Part shown: in pieces, positions 20,658 to 29,774 of the stretch | Layout of the letters: every line of letters starts with the position of its first letter | Numbering within the stretch: position 1 is the first letter of the stretch | DNA from: Burkholderiales bacterium | GTDB lineage: Bacteria; Pseudomonadota; Gammaproteobacteria; Burkholderiales; Chitinimonadaceae | Length of the DNA stretch: 55,474 bases | Reading direction: 5' to 3' | Assembly (NCBI GenBank): GCA_019234745.1 | Contig: JAFAKZ010000348.1 | Span: forward strand, 1 to 55,474 | Position numbers and translations under genes: made by a program | The notes under the pieces: model-generated | What the model saw: the letters and a program-made list of their open reading frames with translations, nothing else | Told to the model about the DNA's origin: nothing | Databases searched by the model: none

Positions 20658-22370
20658 TTACGCACCCGATGCAGCCGTAATATCGCGGAATATCAACACC
20701 AGATCGGTTTTCGTCACATAACCCAATAGCCGCCCAGCTGGGTCAAGTACTGGCAATCGCTCGCCGGGATGGCTGGCGAAGCGCTCGATCACTTGCCAGG
20801 CCGGCGCCGTATCTTCCACGCGTGGGTAATCGAGGCGCATAAGAGAGTCCGGCCAGGTTGCCCCGAAATCGCGTGCCGCCTGCAGCGCGGGTGCAAAGTC
20901 GTGCAGGGAAATCGCGCCAACAAAGCGGGATTGCCCGTCGAGCACATAAACATGCTGCCAGCGGCGCCGCAAGAACACGGCCTCCAGTTCGCGCATGCTC
21001 TGACCGACCCGTATCGTCGGCGGGTCTTCGCGCAGCAGGTCGGCCGCTATCGCAAGCGCAGGCGAGCGCGCCGCCACATCGTTGGCCGTGGCATAGATCG
21101 ACGCGGTATGGAGCATGCGCGAGATGGAATAGGCCAGCACGCAGGCCGCCATCAGAGGAACGACGACGTCGTAGCTCTCCGTCATCTCGAAGATCATCAG
21201 GATGGACATCAGCGGCGCATGGGTACACGCCGCCAAGAAGGCACCCATGCCGACTGCCACGGCGGCAGGTTCCGGCACCAAGCCAGGCCAATAGGCGTGG
21301 ACAAGGTTGCCAAACAAGGCGCCCACGACGGCGCCTGTGAACAAGGTAGGCGTAAATATCCCTCCCACGGCGCCCGATCCGGTCGTGATCGACACCGCCA
21401 GCAGCTTGAGCACGAGAATCACGAGCAAGGCTTGCACCAGCCATCCGCCCTGCAGGATGGCGTTCACGACGCTATAGCCGTTGCCCCACACGCCGGGCTC
21501 AACGATGGAGATCGCCCCGACCAGTAGGCCGCCCGACGCCAGCTTGAGCCATAGCGGCCCGTGCCATTTGCCGAACCAGGCGCGGAACCGGTCCAGCATC
21601 GACAGGTAAATTGGCGCCGTTGCGCCTGCAAACAGACCCAACAAGGCAAGCACTAGCGTCGGCATACCATGCGCCAAGGTGATATGGGGCATATGGTAGA
21701 CGGGTGCGAAGCCCGCCAGCTCGCTGACGACAATATTGGCTGCGACCGCTGCGACGATCAGGGGTCCGAGACTTTCGATGGCGACCGAGCGCAGGACGAT
21801 CTCAGACACGAACATGGCTGACGCAATGGGGGCGTTGTAAGCCGTCGCGATGCCGGCCGCAGCGCCGCAGGCCACGTAGAGACGCCGGCGCGGCACGGGC
21901 ATCTTGCGCCACTTGCCGATCAAGGAACCTGCCATCGCGGCCAACTGCACCATGGGGCCTTCCCGGCCGATGGCGCTGCCGCTGGCTACTGTTGCGGCTG
22001 ATGACAGCGCACGCCAGCAAGAGGCGCGTACGCCAATTTCGCCGTCGCCCAATGCGATGGCTTCCATATAGTCGCCCCCGGTCGATGCCTCCGGCTGCCG
22101 GTGCGCAATGGCGAGCAGCAGGCCGGCAACGATGCCCCCACACGCGGGCGCCAGCAGCCGCTTCCACCAAACCAGCCCGCGGGCAATCTGCACCAGGCTG
22201 TCGCTGCGCCCGTATAAGAAATGCTCGGTCAACTGGATCAGGGAGCGAAAACCAATGGTCGCCAATGCGCCAAGCACACCGACCACGGCGGCGGTAGCTA
22301 AGGTGCGTTGCCATTCCACGGGCCGGAGCCGGTCCAGCACGGCCATGCGCAGCAAGGATAGCTGTCTCAT
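20658..22370 (-). CDS. ClC-family chloride channel / H+-Cl- exchanger with C-terminal CBS pair
   Basis: ORF 20658..22370. ClC selectivity motifs are present (GREGPMVQ, GAVGGIFTP) with ~10 TM segments. The C-terminal ~130 aa are CBS-like (VYVLDGQSRFVGAISLHD...LPVLDPAGRLLGYVTKTDL). Confidence 0.93.
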   Translation of the reverse strand: MRQLSLLRMAVLDRLRPVEWQRTLATAAVVGVLGALATIGFRSLIQLTEHFLYGRSDSLVQIARGLVWWKRLLAPACGGIVAGLLLAIAHRQPEASTGGDYMEAIALGDGEIGVRASCWRALSSAATVASGSAIGREGPMVQLAAMAGSLIGKWRKMPVPRRRLYVACGAAAGIATAYNAPIASAMFVSEIVLRSVAIESLGPLIVAAVAANIVVSELAGFAPVYHMPHITLAHGMPTLVLALLGLFAGATAPIYLSMLDRFRAWFGKWHGPLWLKLASGGLLVGAISIVEPGVWGNGYSVVNAILQGGWLVQALLVILVLKLLAVSITTGSGAVGGIFTPTLFTGAVVGALFGNLVHAYWPGLVPEPAAVAVGMGAFLAACTHAPLMSILMIFEMTESYDVVVPLMAACVLAYSISRMLHTASIYATANDVAARSPALAIAADLLREDPPTIRVGQSMRELEAVFLRRRWQHVYVLDGQSRFVGAISLHDFAPALQAARDFGATWPDSLMRLDYPRVEDTAPAWQVIERFASHPGERLPVLDPAGRLLGYVTKTDLVLIFRDITAASGA

Positions 22371-22391
22371 CGGGCAATGCGTCTGAACATG

Positions 22392-24089
22392 TCAGTCCCT
22401 GGTCTTGCCGGCGCGCCAGATCGAATAGACCAGCCACACGCTGTTGAGGAAGGCAATGATAAAGCCGAGGAAGCCGAAAGCCGGCAAGCCGAAAAGCCTT
22501 GGCCCGGCCGGCACGGTCATCACGATGCTGGAACCGATAATCAAGCAGCCCGTGACGATGCCGAGCGTCAGGCGGCTAGCCGCGCGGTCGATCTGCTGGC
22601 CGAAGGCGTCCAGGCGCTTGAGATCCAGGTCGATGCGCAACTTGCCGCGCCGTGCCGCCTTTACCAGGCGCGAAATATCACGCGGAAGACCGCCCGCGAG
22701 CTGGATCAACTCCCACAGATTGCGTTTGCCCTTCTTGGCGAGCGCCGCCGGCGAATAGCGTTTGACGATGACGGCGCGTACGAAGGGTGTCAGGTGCGAC
22801 ACCATCTGGAAGTCAGGGTCAAGCTGCCGTCCTAGGCCCTCCAAGGTGATCAGCGCCTTAAACAATAAGGTGAGATCGGCCGGCAGCGTGATGGCGTGCT
22901 CACGCATGATGCCGATCACGTCGTTCAGCAACTGCCCAAAACGGATGTCCTTGAGCGCGAGGTTTTCGTAGTTGAACAGGAAGTCCGCCAGGTCGGCCGC
23001 CAACCGGTCCTCGTCGACCGGGGCGTCTGCCGTCCAGTCCAACAGCACATTCAGGATGCCGCGTTCGTCGCGCGCCGCGAGCGCTGCCAGCAAGTCCACG
23101 ATCTCATCGCGGCGGGGCGCTGGGAGCCGCCCGACCATGCCGAAATCGATAAAGGCGATGCGGTTTTCCGGCAGATAGATGACGTTGCCCGGATGCGGAT
23201 CGGCGTGGAAATAACCATCGATCAGGATCATCTTGAGCACCGCGTCCGCGCCACGCTGTGCCAACAACTTGCGATCCAATCCAGCCGCTTCGAGCAACTC
23301 CAATTCGTTGCCGGGCACGCCGCCCACGAAGGCCTGCACGTTGACGATCTCGTTCGTGTAGTCCCAGTGGATTGCTGGAATGACGATGTAGGGGTCGTTG
23401 GCGAAGTTCTCGGCAAAGCGGCGATGGTTCTGCGCTTCGAGCGCAAGGTCCATCTCGCGCTTGAGCGACTTGGCAAACTGTTCGACGATGCGCACAGGCT
23501 GGTATTGGCGCGTCTCCGGGAACTCGAATTCCGCCAGTGTGGCGAGATGATGCAGCACGCGCAGATCGGCCTCGATCTTGGGCACGATATTGGGCCGGCG
23601 CACCTTGAGAATGACGGGCGTGCCATCCGCCAGTTTGGCCCGGTGCACCTGTGCGATCGAGGCAGAACCGACGGGCGTTTCGTCGAGGTCATGGAACATC
23701 TCGCGTGGCGACTGACCCCAGGCCTTGGTCAATTCCGCCTCTAGCTCCGCAAACGGGATACTGGGCACGTTGGATTGCAGCTTTTCAAGCTCGGCGATCC
23801 ACTCCGGTGGCAACACATCGACCCGCGTCGCCATCACCTGCCCTAGCTTGATGAAGGTCGGCCCCAACTCCTCCAGCGCACGGCGCGCCCGTACGGGCGG
23901 GTCGAGCTGCTCTTGCTCTTGCGCTTGCGCTTGGTCGTCCGGCACATTGATGGATTCACCGGCCTTCTCAAACGTGCGATGCACGCCAAGACGGCGAACC
24001 AATCCGCCGAATCCGTGTCTTGCGAAGACACCGATAATCTCGCGGATGCGCGGGAGGTCCCGCATCAGGCTCATGGTTTCACGTAGCAT
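22392..24089 (-). CDS. ABC1/AarF/UbiB-family atypical kinase with C-terminal TM helices
   Basis: ORF 22392..24089. Contains GPTFIKLGQVMATRVDVLPPEWIAELEKLQ, SASIAQVHRAKL, HADPHPGNV and IAFIDFGMVG. No ubiE/ubiJ neighbours, so I do not call it the canonical ubiB. Confidence 0.88.
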   Translation of the reverse strand: MLRETMSLMRDLPRIREIIGVFARHGFGGLVRRLGVHRTFEKAGESINVPDDQAQAQEQEQLDPPVRARRALEELGPTFIKLGQVMATRVDVLPPEWIAELEKLQSNVPSIPFAELEAELTKAWGQSPREMFHDLDETPVGSASIAQVHRAKLADGTPVILKVRRPNIVPKIEADLRVLHHLATLAEFEFPETRQYQPVRIVEQFAKSLKREMDLALEAQNHRRFAENFANDPYIVIPAIHWDYTNEIVNVQAFVGGVPGNELELLEAAGLDRKLLAQRGADAVLKMILIDGYFHADPHPGNVIYLPENRIAFIDFGMVGRLPAPRRDEIVDLLAALAARDERGILNVLLDWTADAPVDEDRLAADLADFLFNYENLALKDIRFGQLLNDVIGIMREHAITLPADLTLLFKALITLEGLGRQLDPDFQMVSHLTPFVRAVIVKRYSPAALAKKGKRNLWELIQLAGGLPRDISRLVKAARRGKLRIDLDLKRLDAFGQQIDRAASRLTLGIVTGCLIIGSSIVMTVPAGPRLFGLPAFGFLGFIIAFLNSVWLVYSIWRAGKTRD

Positions 24090-24171
24090 GGCTTGATTTT
24101 AGCCACATGCAGTGACTCCTGTTCAAAGGCTTTCCATTACAATGTTGAGTTCCACCCCAAAGAGTGCCGGC

Positions 24172-24915
24172 ATGACGTTGCACCTCCGACACCTGCTATT
24201 GCTGTTCCCCCTTTGCCTGGCCTTCGCGGCGCCGGTCAACGATTCGAACGACAAGCCTTCCGACGTTTCACCCGGTCCTGCCGACATCAAGGCAGACGGC
24301 AAACCGGAGGGAAAGTTCTCGACCAGCCGGCCCTCGGAAGCCAAGGGAGCGAACAACGACAAGAACGCGTCAGCCGCCGACAGCGACTTTGCCCAGGGCA
24401 TCATGCTGCAGGCGCTGTCGCTGATCGGCGTGACCTACCGCTGGGGCGGCAACACGCCCGAGACCGGCCTCGATTGCAGCGGCTTCATCCGCTACGTGTT
24501 CCAGCAGTCGATGAATATTGCCCTGCCGCACAATGCGTTTGCCATCAGTCGTTTAGGCGAGGATGTCGAACGTGACGAGCTGAAGCCGGGCGACCTCGTT
24601 TTCTTCAACACGCTGGGACGTCGCTTTTCCCATGTCGGCATTTATCTGGGCGACGACCGCTTTATCCACTCACCCTCGACCGGCAGCAAGATCCAGATTG
24701 TGTCGCTCAAGGATGCCTATTGGTTGAAGCACTACAACGGCGCGAAGCGTGTGACACAGGCCAGTGTCGCCGAGCGGCAACCTATTCTGGCGCAGTTGAT
24801 GGCAGAAGAGCGGGCAAGTGAGCCGCGCGGCAAGCACGGTAAACATGGACGCCACGGCGCCTCGAAGCATGCGGGCGGTGGCAAGAGCGGCCATCACAGC
24901 CGCAAGCACCGGTAA
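24172..24915 (+). CDS. Secreted NlpC/P60 (C40) peptidoglycan endopeptidase with a His/Lys/Gly-rich C-terminal tail
   Basis: ORF 24112..24915. I trimmed the start to ATG 24172 (MTLHLRHLLLLFPLCLAFAAP, a signal peptide). Catalytic Cys in GLDCSGFIRYVF, His in FSHVGIYLGDDRFIHSPS. The tail reads RGKHGKHGRHGASKHAGGGKSGHHSRKHR. Confidence 0.9.
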   Translation: MTLHLRHLLLLFPLCLAFAAPVNDSNDKPSDVSPGPADIKADGKPEGKFSTSRPSEAKGANNDKNASAADSDFAQGIMLQALSLIGVTYRWGGNTPETGLDCSGFIRYVFQQSMNIALPHNAFAISRLGEDVERDELKPGDLVFFNTLGRRFSHVGIYLGDDRFIHSPSTGSKIQIVSLKDAYWLKHYNGAKRVTQASVAERQPILAQLMAEERASEPRGKHGKHGRHGASKHAGGGKSGHHSRKHR

Positions 24916-24918
24916 TTG

Positions 24919-24978
24919 CTAGGGCGTGCTATGCATTGTTTTCCGTCGAGCCGGGGAACAATGCATGACACGCCCTAG
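24919..24978. repeat. 60-nt palindromic element (CTAGGGCGTG..ATGCATTGTT / AACAATGCAT..CACGCCCTAG) between convergent genes
   Basis: The arms 24919-24940 and 24957-24978 pair over 10+10 bp around a 2-nt internal mismatch. The 16-nt loop is TTCCGTCGAGCCGGGG. There is no flanking T/A run. It shares the CTAGGG termini and the CGAsCCGGG loop motif with the element at 25462-25518. Confidence 0.8.
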
Positions 24979-25013
24979 ATGAGTCGATGCTGACGCATGC
25001 GCGCCAGCTACCC

Positions 25014-25433
25014 TTACTCGGTAAAGAAGGCAATAGGCCCGCTGCTAGTCAGGCCGATGTTGAAATGCTGGCCACCCGTTTCCGGTTTGCCTGCCGTTTC
25101 GGTAGACCGCACGATTTCGTGCAGTAGTTCCAGTTCCTTGAACTCCTCGACGATTTCTCCGTCCCCGTTCAGGATGATCTCGATCCTATCCTTCTCCGGG
25201 TGGCCACCCACGACGCAGATGCGGCTGCCTTCAGCCCACCATTGCAGATGCACGGGCGGCGGCACCGGCACCGACTGGCGCGCAAACAAATCTGCCAACA
25301 GACGCCCATAGGCAGCCAGGTTTGTTGCCGCCTTGGCCCGAATCTTGTCCAGATGCACGCCCGCCTTGTTCGGCTCGATGCCGAAAATGCGCGCCAGACC
25401 ACTGTCCAGCCTGGATTGGCTGTTACCGTCCAT
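25014..25433 (-). CDS. Hypothetical protein (~139 aa), no recognisable domain
   Basis: ORF 25014..25481. I trimmed the start to ATG 25433 (MDGNSQSRLDSGLARIFG...) because the longer start lies inside the 25462-25518 palindrome. No signal peptide or TM helix. G+C is 33/60 in each of three 60-nt lines I counted, lower than in neighbouring genes. Coding status is plausible but unproven. Confidence 0.5.
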   Translation of the reverse strand: MDGNSQSRLDSGLARIFGIEPNKAGVHLDKIRAKAATNLAAYGRLLADLFARQSVPVPPPVHLQWWAEGSRICVVGGHPEKDRIEIILNGDGEIVEEFKELELLHEIVRSTETAGKPETGGQHFNIGLTSSGPIAFFTE

Positions 25434-25461
25434 TGATATCTCCTGCGATGCCCTTGTACTG

Positions 25462-25518
25462 CCTAGGGAGCCTCTGATCAAGCACCCGACCCGGGTACTT
25501 GATCAGAGGCTCCCTAGG
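25462..25518. repeat. Perfect 21-bp inverted repeat CCTAGGGAGCCTCTGATCAAG-N15-CTTGATCAGAGGCTCCCTAGG
   Basis: Read directly: 25462-25482 is the exact reverse complement of 25498-25518. The loop is CACCCGACCCGGGTA. It lies between the mutS stop (25584) and the orphan ORF. There is no U-tract after the stem on the minus strand. Confidence 0.85.
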
Positions 25519-25583
25519 TTGCAATACAGTTAGTTAATCAAATTTTTATAGATCGGATGTAGGGAATTTGCCGATTGATTTTT

Positions 25584-28154
25584 TCAATCTGCTCGGGCAA
25601 TTTTGCCAAGTTCGTAGATGAGATCCAGCGCCGTTCGCGGCGTAAGCTGGTCGGGATCCAGCTCGGCCAGACGCTCTACGAGCGGATGAACGGTCGGTTC
25701 CTCCATGACAATCTGTGGCGCAGAAAACAAGTCGCCCTGCCCGTGCTGCATCACCTGCTGGCTTTCGAGCTCGGCCAAATAACGCTTGGCCTGTCGTATG
25801 GTATCGCGCGGTACACCGGCCAACTGAGCCACTTGCAAACCATAGCTCTGGCTCGCCGGGCCCTCCTGCACGCTATGCAGAAAGACGATCTTGTCCCGAT
25901 GCTCGACGGCATCGAGGTGCACATTGGCCACCTGCGGATAGTCTAGCGCCAGCCGCGTCAGCTCGAAATAGTGCGTGGCGAACAGCGTGTAGCTGCGGTT
26001 CTTCTCAATCAGCGCCCGCGCAATCGCCCAGGCCAGCGCGAGACCATCAAATGTAGACGTGCCGCGACCCACTTCGTCCATCAACACGAGCGCGTGCTCG
26101 CCCGCATTGTTCAGGATATTGGCCGTCTCCGTCATCTCCACCATGAAAGTGGAACGGCCGCCTGCCAGGTCGTCGCTGGCGCCGATACGGGTAAAGATGC
26201 GCTCAACCGTACCGATCATGGCCGATTGCGCCGGCACAAAGCTGCCGATGTGCGCCAAAAGCACGATCAGCGCAGCCTGCCGCATATAAGTAGACTTACC
26301 GCCCATATTCGGGCCGGTGATCAGCAAGAGCTTGCGCGTCGCATCCAGCCGCAGGTCGTTGGCAATGAAGGGTTCACCGCTGCCGTCGCGCAGCTGCTGC
26401 TCCACCACCGGGTGGCGTCCACCTTCGATATGCAGGGCAGTCTCGTCACGGAACTGCGGCGCCACCCAATCGCGGCGCAAGGCGTTGTCGGCCAATGCGG
26501 CCAGCACATCGACGCCGGCCACGGCCTGGGCCAGCAGTTGCAAGGTCGGCACATGGGCCGATAGCGTTTCAAGTAGCGCTTCGTACAGCGATTTCTCCAG
26601 CTGCAGAGCCCGCTCCTGCGCCGACAAGGCCTTGTCTTCAAAGGCCTTGAGTTCCGGCGTGATATAGCGCTCGGCGTTCTTCAACGTCTGGCGGCGGCGA
26701 TAGTCGTCCGGCACCTTGTCACTGTGCGCGTTGGTCACTTCGATATAGAAGCCGTGCACGCGGTTGTATTCGACCTTGATGGTCGGAATGCCGGTACGCT
26801 CGCGTTCGCGCGCCTCCAACGCCAGCAGGAAATCACCGTGGTTGGTCTGCAAGGCGCGCAGCTCGTCCAGCTCCGCATTGAATCCATCGCGGATCACGCC
26901 GCCGTCGCGGATGACGACGGCAGGTTCGTCCTGGATGGCGCTGGACAGCAGCGCTACCAACTCGGCAGGCACACTGAACTGCCGGCCGATTTCGGTCAGC
27001 AATTCGTTGTCGGGGATCAGCGGCAGGATGTCCGGCAGGCCGCGCACGCTATCGCGTAGCGCAGCCAAGTCGCGTGGACGTGCGGAACGCAGGGCAATAC
27101 GGGCGGCAATGCGCTCGATGTCGTGGATCTCACCTAAGCGCACTCGGATGTCGAATAGGGTATTGGCCTCATATAAGGCCCTGACGGCGTCGCGCCGGCG
27201 CATGATCTTGTTTTGCCGCCGCAAAGGATGATGCAACCAGTGCTGCAGCAGGCGGCTGCCCATGGAGGTAGCACAGACGTCAAGTAGCGAGAATAGCGTG
27301 GGCGATGCCTCGCCGCGTATCGTCTCCGTCAGTTCCAGGTTGCGGCGAGTGGCCGCATCCATCGCCAGGTACTGGCCGGCGACCTCCACGGTAATCCCCG
27401 TCACATGGGGCACGGCGCCACATTGCGTCTGCTTGGCGTATTCCAGCAGCGCGCCGGCGCTGCCCACGGCGACATTGGGCTCGTCGATGCCAAAGCCGCT
27501 CAGGTCCTGCGTTTGGAATTGCCGGGCCAGATTGCGCGCAGCCGTCTCCACATCGAACTGCCAGCTCGCCAGCTTGCGCAGCACGAAGGCACCCGTATTG
27601 GGCAGCTCAATGCCGAGATCGTCCGGTACCAGCACTTCGGCCGGGCGCAGGCGCTCCAGCTCGGAGAACAGCGCTTCCGCTGCTGCTTCCACGACGGTGA
27701 ACTCGCCGGACGCCAGGCTCAGCCAGGCAAGGCCTAGCTTGCCGCGATGGATATTGAGCGATAGCAGGCGGTTCTCGCGCTTGTCGTCCAGCAGCGCTGC
27801 GTCGGTCAAGGTACCAGGCGTAACGATGCGCACCACGCGGCGCTCGACTGGCCCCTTCGTCGTTGCCGGGTCGCCGAACTGCTCGCAGATCGCGACGGAC
27901 TCGCCCAGCTTGACCAGCTTGGCCAGGTATTGCTCGACGGCGTGGAAAGGCACGCCGGCCATCTTGATCGGCTCGCCACCGGACTGGCCGCGGGCCGTCA
28001 GAGTGATGTCAAGCAGGCGCGCCGCCTTGACGGCGTCGTCGAAGAACAGCTCGTAGAAGTCGCCCATGCGGTAGAACACGAGCTTGTCCGGGTGTCCTGC
28101 CTTGAGTGCCAGGTACTGCTGCATCATGGGCGTGTGTTTTTCCAGGCCCACCAT
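25584..28154 (-). CDS. mutS: DNA mismatch repair protein MutS
   Basis: ORF 25584..28181. Has the N-terminus [17 protein letters not shown], Walker [14 protein letters not shown], and [16 protein letters not shown]. Start is ATG 28154 ([11 protein letters not shown]) or TTG 28181; I cannot discriminate between them. Confidence 0.97.
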   Translation of the reverse strand: MVGLEKHTPMMQQYLALKAGHPDKLVFYRMGDFYELFFDDAVKAARLLDITLTARGQSGGEPIKMAGVPFHAVEQYLAKLVKLGESVAICEQFGDPATTKGPVERRVVRIVTPGTLTDAALLDDKRENRLLSLNIHRGKLGLAWLSLASGEFTVVEAAAEALFSELERLRPAEVLVPDDLGIELPNTGAFVLRKLASWQFDVETAARNLARQFQTQDLSGFGIDEPNVAVGSAGALLEYAKQTQCGAVPHVTGITVEVAGQYLAMDAATRRNLELTETIRGEASPTLFSLLDVCATSMGSRLLQHWLHHPLRRQNKIMRRRDAVRALYEANTLFDIRVRLGEIHDIERIAARIALRSARPRDLAALRDSVRGLPDILPLIPDNELLTEIGRQFSVPAELVALLSSAIQDEPAVVIRDGGVIRDGFNAELDELRALQTNHGDFLLALEARERERTGIPTIKVEYNRVHGFYIEVTNAHSDKVPDDYRRRQTLKNAERYITPELKAFEDKALSAQERALQLEKSLYEALLETLSAHVPTLQLLAQAVAGVDVLAALADNALRRDWVAPQFRDETALHIEGGRHPVVEQQLRDGSGEPFIANDLRLDATRKLLLITGPNMGGKSTYMRQAALIVLLAHIGSFVPAQSAMIGTVERIFTRIGASDDLAGGRSTFMVEMTETANILNNAGEHALVLMDEVGRGTSTFDGLALAWAIARALIEKNRSYTLFATHYFELTRLALDYPQVANVHLDAVEHRDKIVFLHSVQEGPASQSYGLQVAQLAGVPRDTIRQAKRYLAELESQQVMQHGQGDLFSAPQIVMEEPTVHPLVERLAELDPDQLTPRTALDLIYELGKIARAD

Positions 28155-28240
28155 CGCAATGGCTTTTTCCGTGCTGTTCAATTGCTTACCTTAGTGCCTA
28201 CAAGTGCAGTGCCAATACCTCCACCCGATTTGAATTGCGT

Positions 28241-29173
28241 TCAGGTGAAGAAATAACGTGTTAGATGGAAGAAAATCGGTGCGGCGAAACTGACCGAGTC
28301 CACCCGGTCCATCATGCCGCCATGACCTTCGATCATGGTTCCCCAGTCCTTGACACCCAAGCTGCGTTTTACTGCCGACAGCACAAGCCCACCGAGGAAA
28401 CCCATCAGCGCAATGATAAACGCCATCGCGGCAGATTGCAGCGGGTTGAATGGCGTCAACCACCAGAGCGCCCCACCCAGCAGGCTGGCCGATATGATGC
28501 CGCCCGCCAGGCCCTCTACCGTCTTCGAGGGGCTGACCACGGGCGCCACCTTGGTCTTACCCATCAGCTTGCCAAAGATGTATTGGAATACGTCGCTCAG
28601 CTGCACGATGAGCAGGAAGAAGAACATCAGGAGCGCATCCTGCCCCTTGTAGTTCGGGATGTCGAGCAGCAACAGGGCCGGCACGTGGCTGATGCAGTAG
28701 ATCGCCACCATCACGCCCCACTGAATCTTCGCACTGCGCTCCAGGAAGTGGTCGGTATCCTGGATCAGGGCCGAAAACGAAGGCAGAAGCAGGAAGCCGT
28801 AGACGGGGATGAAGATGGCGAAGAGCGAGTACCAGTCGGTGCCAATCAGCCAATACTGCACGGGAATCAGGATAAAGAAGGCGATGGACAGGGCGCGGTG
28901 ATCACCCGCCCTGGTGGGCGTAAGGGTGAGGAATTCGCGCAGGGCGAAGAAGGAGACGAAGGCGAAAAAGACCAGCGTCGCATTGCGCCCCAGCACATAG
29001 GCCGCAGCAAAGATGCCGACCATCACCCACCAGGCACGCATGCGCGCCGCCAGGTTCGTGATCAAGGGTGTGTTGCCGCGTCGCATCCACAGCAGCCAAG
29101 TGATCACTGACGCCAAGACCAGCAGTGCGCCAACCCCGCCCAGCACGCAATAGAACTTTTCCTGTACCGTCAT
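28241..29173 (-). CDS. Phosphatidate cytidylyltransferase family protein (CdsA paralogue, YnbB-like)
   Basis: ORF 28241..29173. Has the CDS signature SAVKRSLGVKDWGTMIEGHGGMMDRVDS and multiple TM helices. It is not in the usual uppS-cdsA-dxr context. The start overlaps the upstream acyltransferase stop (ATGA). Confidence 0.88.
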   Translation of the reverse strand: MTVQEKFYCVLGGVGALLVLASVITWLLWMRRGNTPLITNLAARMRAWWVMVGIFAAAYVLGRNATLVFFAFVSFFALREFLTLTPTRAGDHRALSIAFFILIPVQYWLIGTDWYSLFAIFIPVYGFLLLPSFSALIQDTDHFLERSAKIQWGVMVAIYCISHVPALLLLDIPNYKGQDALLMFFFLLIVQLSDVFQYIFGKLMGKTKVAPVVSPSKTVEGLAGGIISASLLGGALWWLTPFNPLQSAAMAFIIALMGFLGGLVLSAVKRSLGVKDWGTMIEGHGGMMDRVDSVSFAAPIFFHLTRYFFT

Positions 29174-29772
29174 GAGGCCAACCCAACGACGGCATCGCGC
29201 ATGCGGCTCAGGAATGCCCCCTTGGCTTCGCCCTCTTCCCTAGCGAGTGGCGCACCGAAGCGCACCGTACAGATAAGCGGCACGGGGAAGAACGTACCCT
29301 TGGGCATGCAGCGATGGATGTTTTCCAGGTACACGGGGATCAGCTCCACCTGGGGGAAGCGCTCGGCCAAATAGAACAGGCCCGGCTTGAAGGTGCCGGG
29401 CAAGGCCTGCGCCTGGCGGGTTCCTTCGGGGAAAACAATCAATGAAGCACCCTGCTCCAAAGCTGTATAAAGAGGTTCCAGCGGATTGCTCATGGCCTTG
29501 CCCGAATTGCGTTCGATCAGCACCGCATTCAGCCCTTGCAGCGCCAGGTAGCGCTTGAGCTTGTTGTTACCCCAGTAATCTGCCGCCGCCACGGGACGGG
29601 TCGATGCGCGAATTGCGGGCGGCAAGGCGGCCCACAGTGCCATCGTATCGAGGTGGCTGGTGTGGTTGGCGAAGTAGATGCGCTGCGCCGTGCTCGGCTC
29701 GCAGCCTATCCAGCGTGGCGTGGCACCCAGGGCGGCACGCGTGAGGCCAATCAGCAGCTGTGACAGCCACAT
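29170..29772 (-). CDS. Lysophospholipid / 1-acyl-sn-glycerol-3-phosphate acyltransferase family protein (PlsC-like)
   Basis: ORF 29170..29772. Has the HX4D motif (NHTSHLD) and FPEGTR motif. About 200 aa. Confidence 0.88.
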   Translation of the reverse strand: MWLSQLLIGLTRAALGATPRWIGCEPSTAQRIYFANHTSHLDTMALWAALPPAIRASTRPVAAADYWGNNKLKRYLALQGLNAVLIERNSGKAMSNPLEPLYTALEQGASLIVFPEGTRQAQALPGTFKPGLFYLAERFPQVELIPVYLENIHRCMPKGTFFPVPLICTVRFGAPLAREEGEAKGAFLSRMRDAVVGLAS

Positions 29773-29774
29773 CG

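Noticed and set aside
22392-24089. Calling the ABC1-family kinase the canonical ubiquinone-biosynthesis gene ubiB
   Set aside because: The family is clear, but it is not next to ubiE/ubiJ-type genes and it is longer than I expect for UbiB. I left the gene symbol empty because a paralogue cannot be excluded without the rest of the genome.
24919-25518. The two palindromes flanking the orphan ORF as integron attC sites (a gene cassette)
   Set aside because: There are no RYYYAAC / GTTRRRY core sites at the element ends, no intI or attI in the window, and only a single cassette. A REP-like or structured-repeat explanation fits better.
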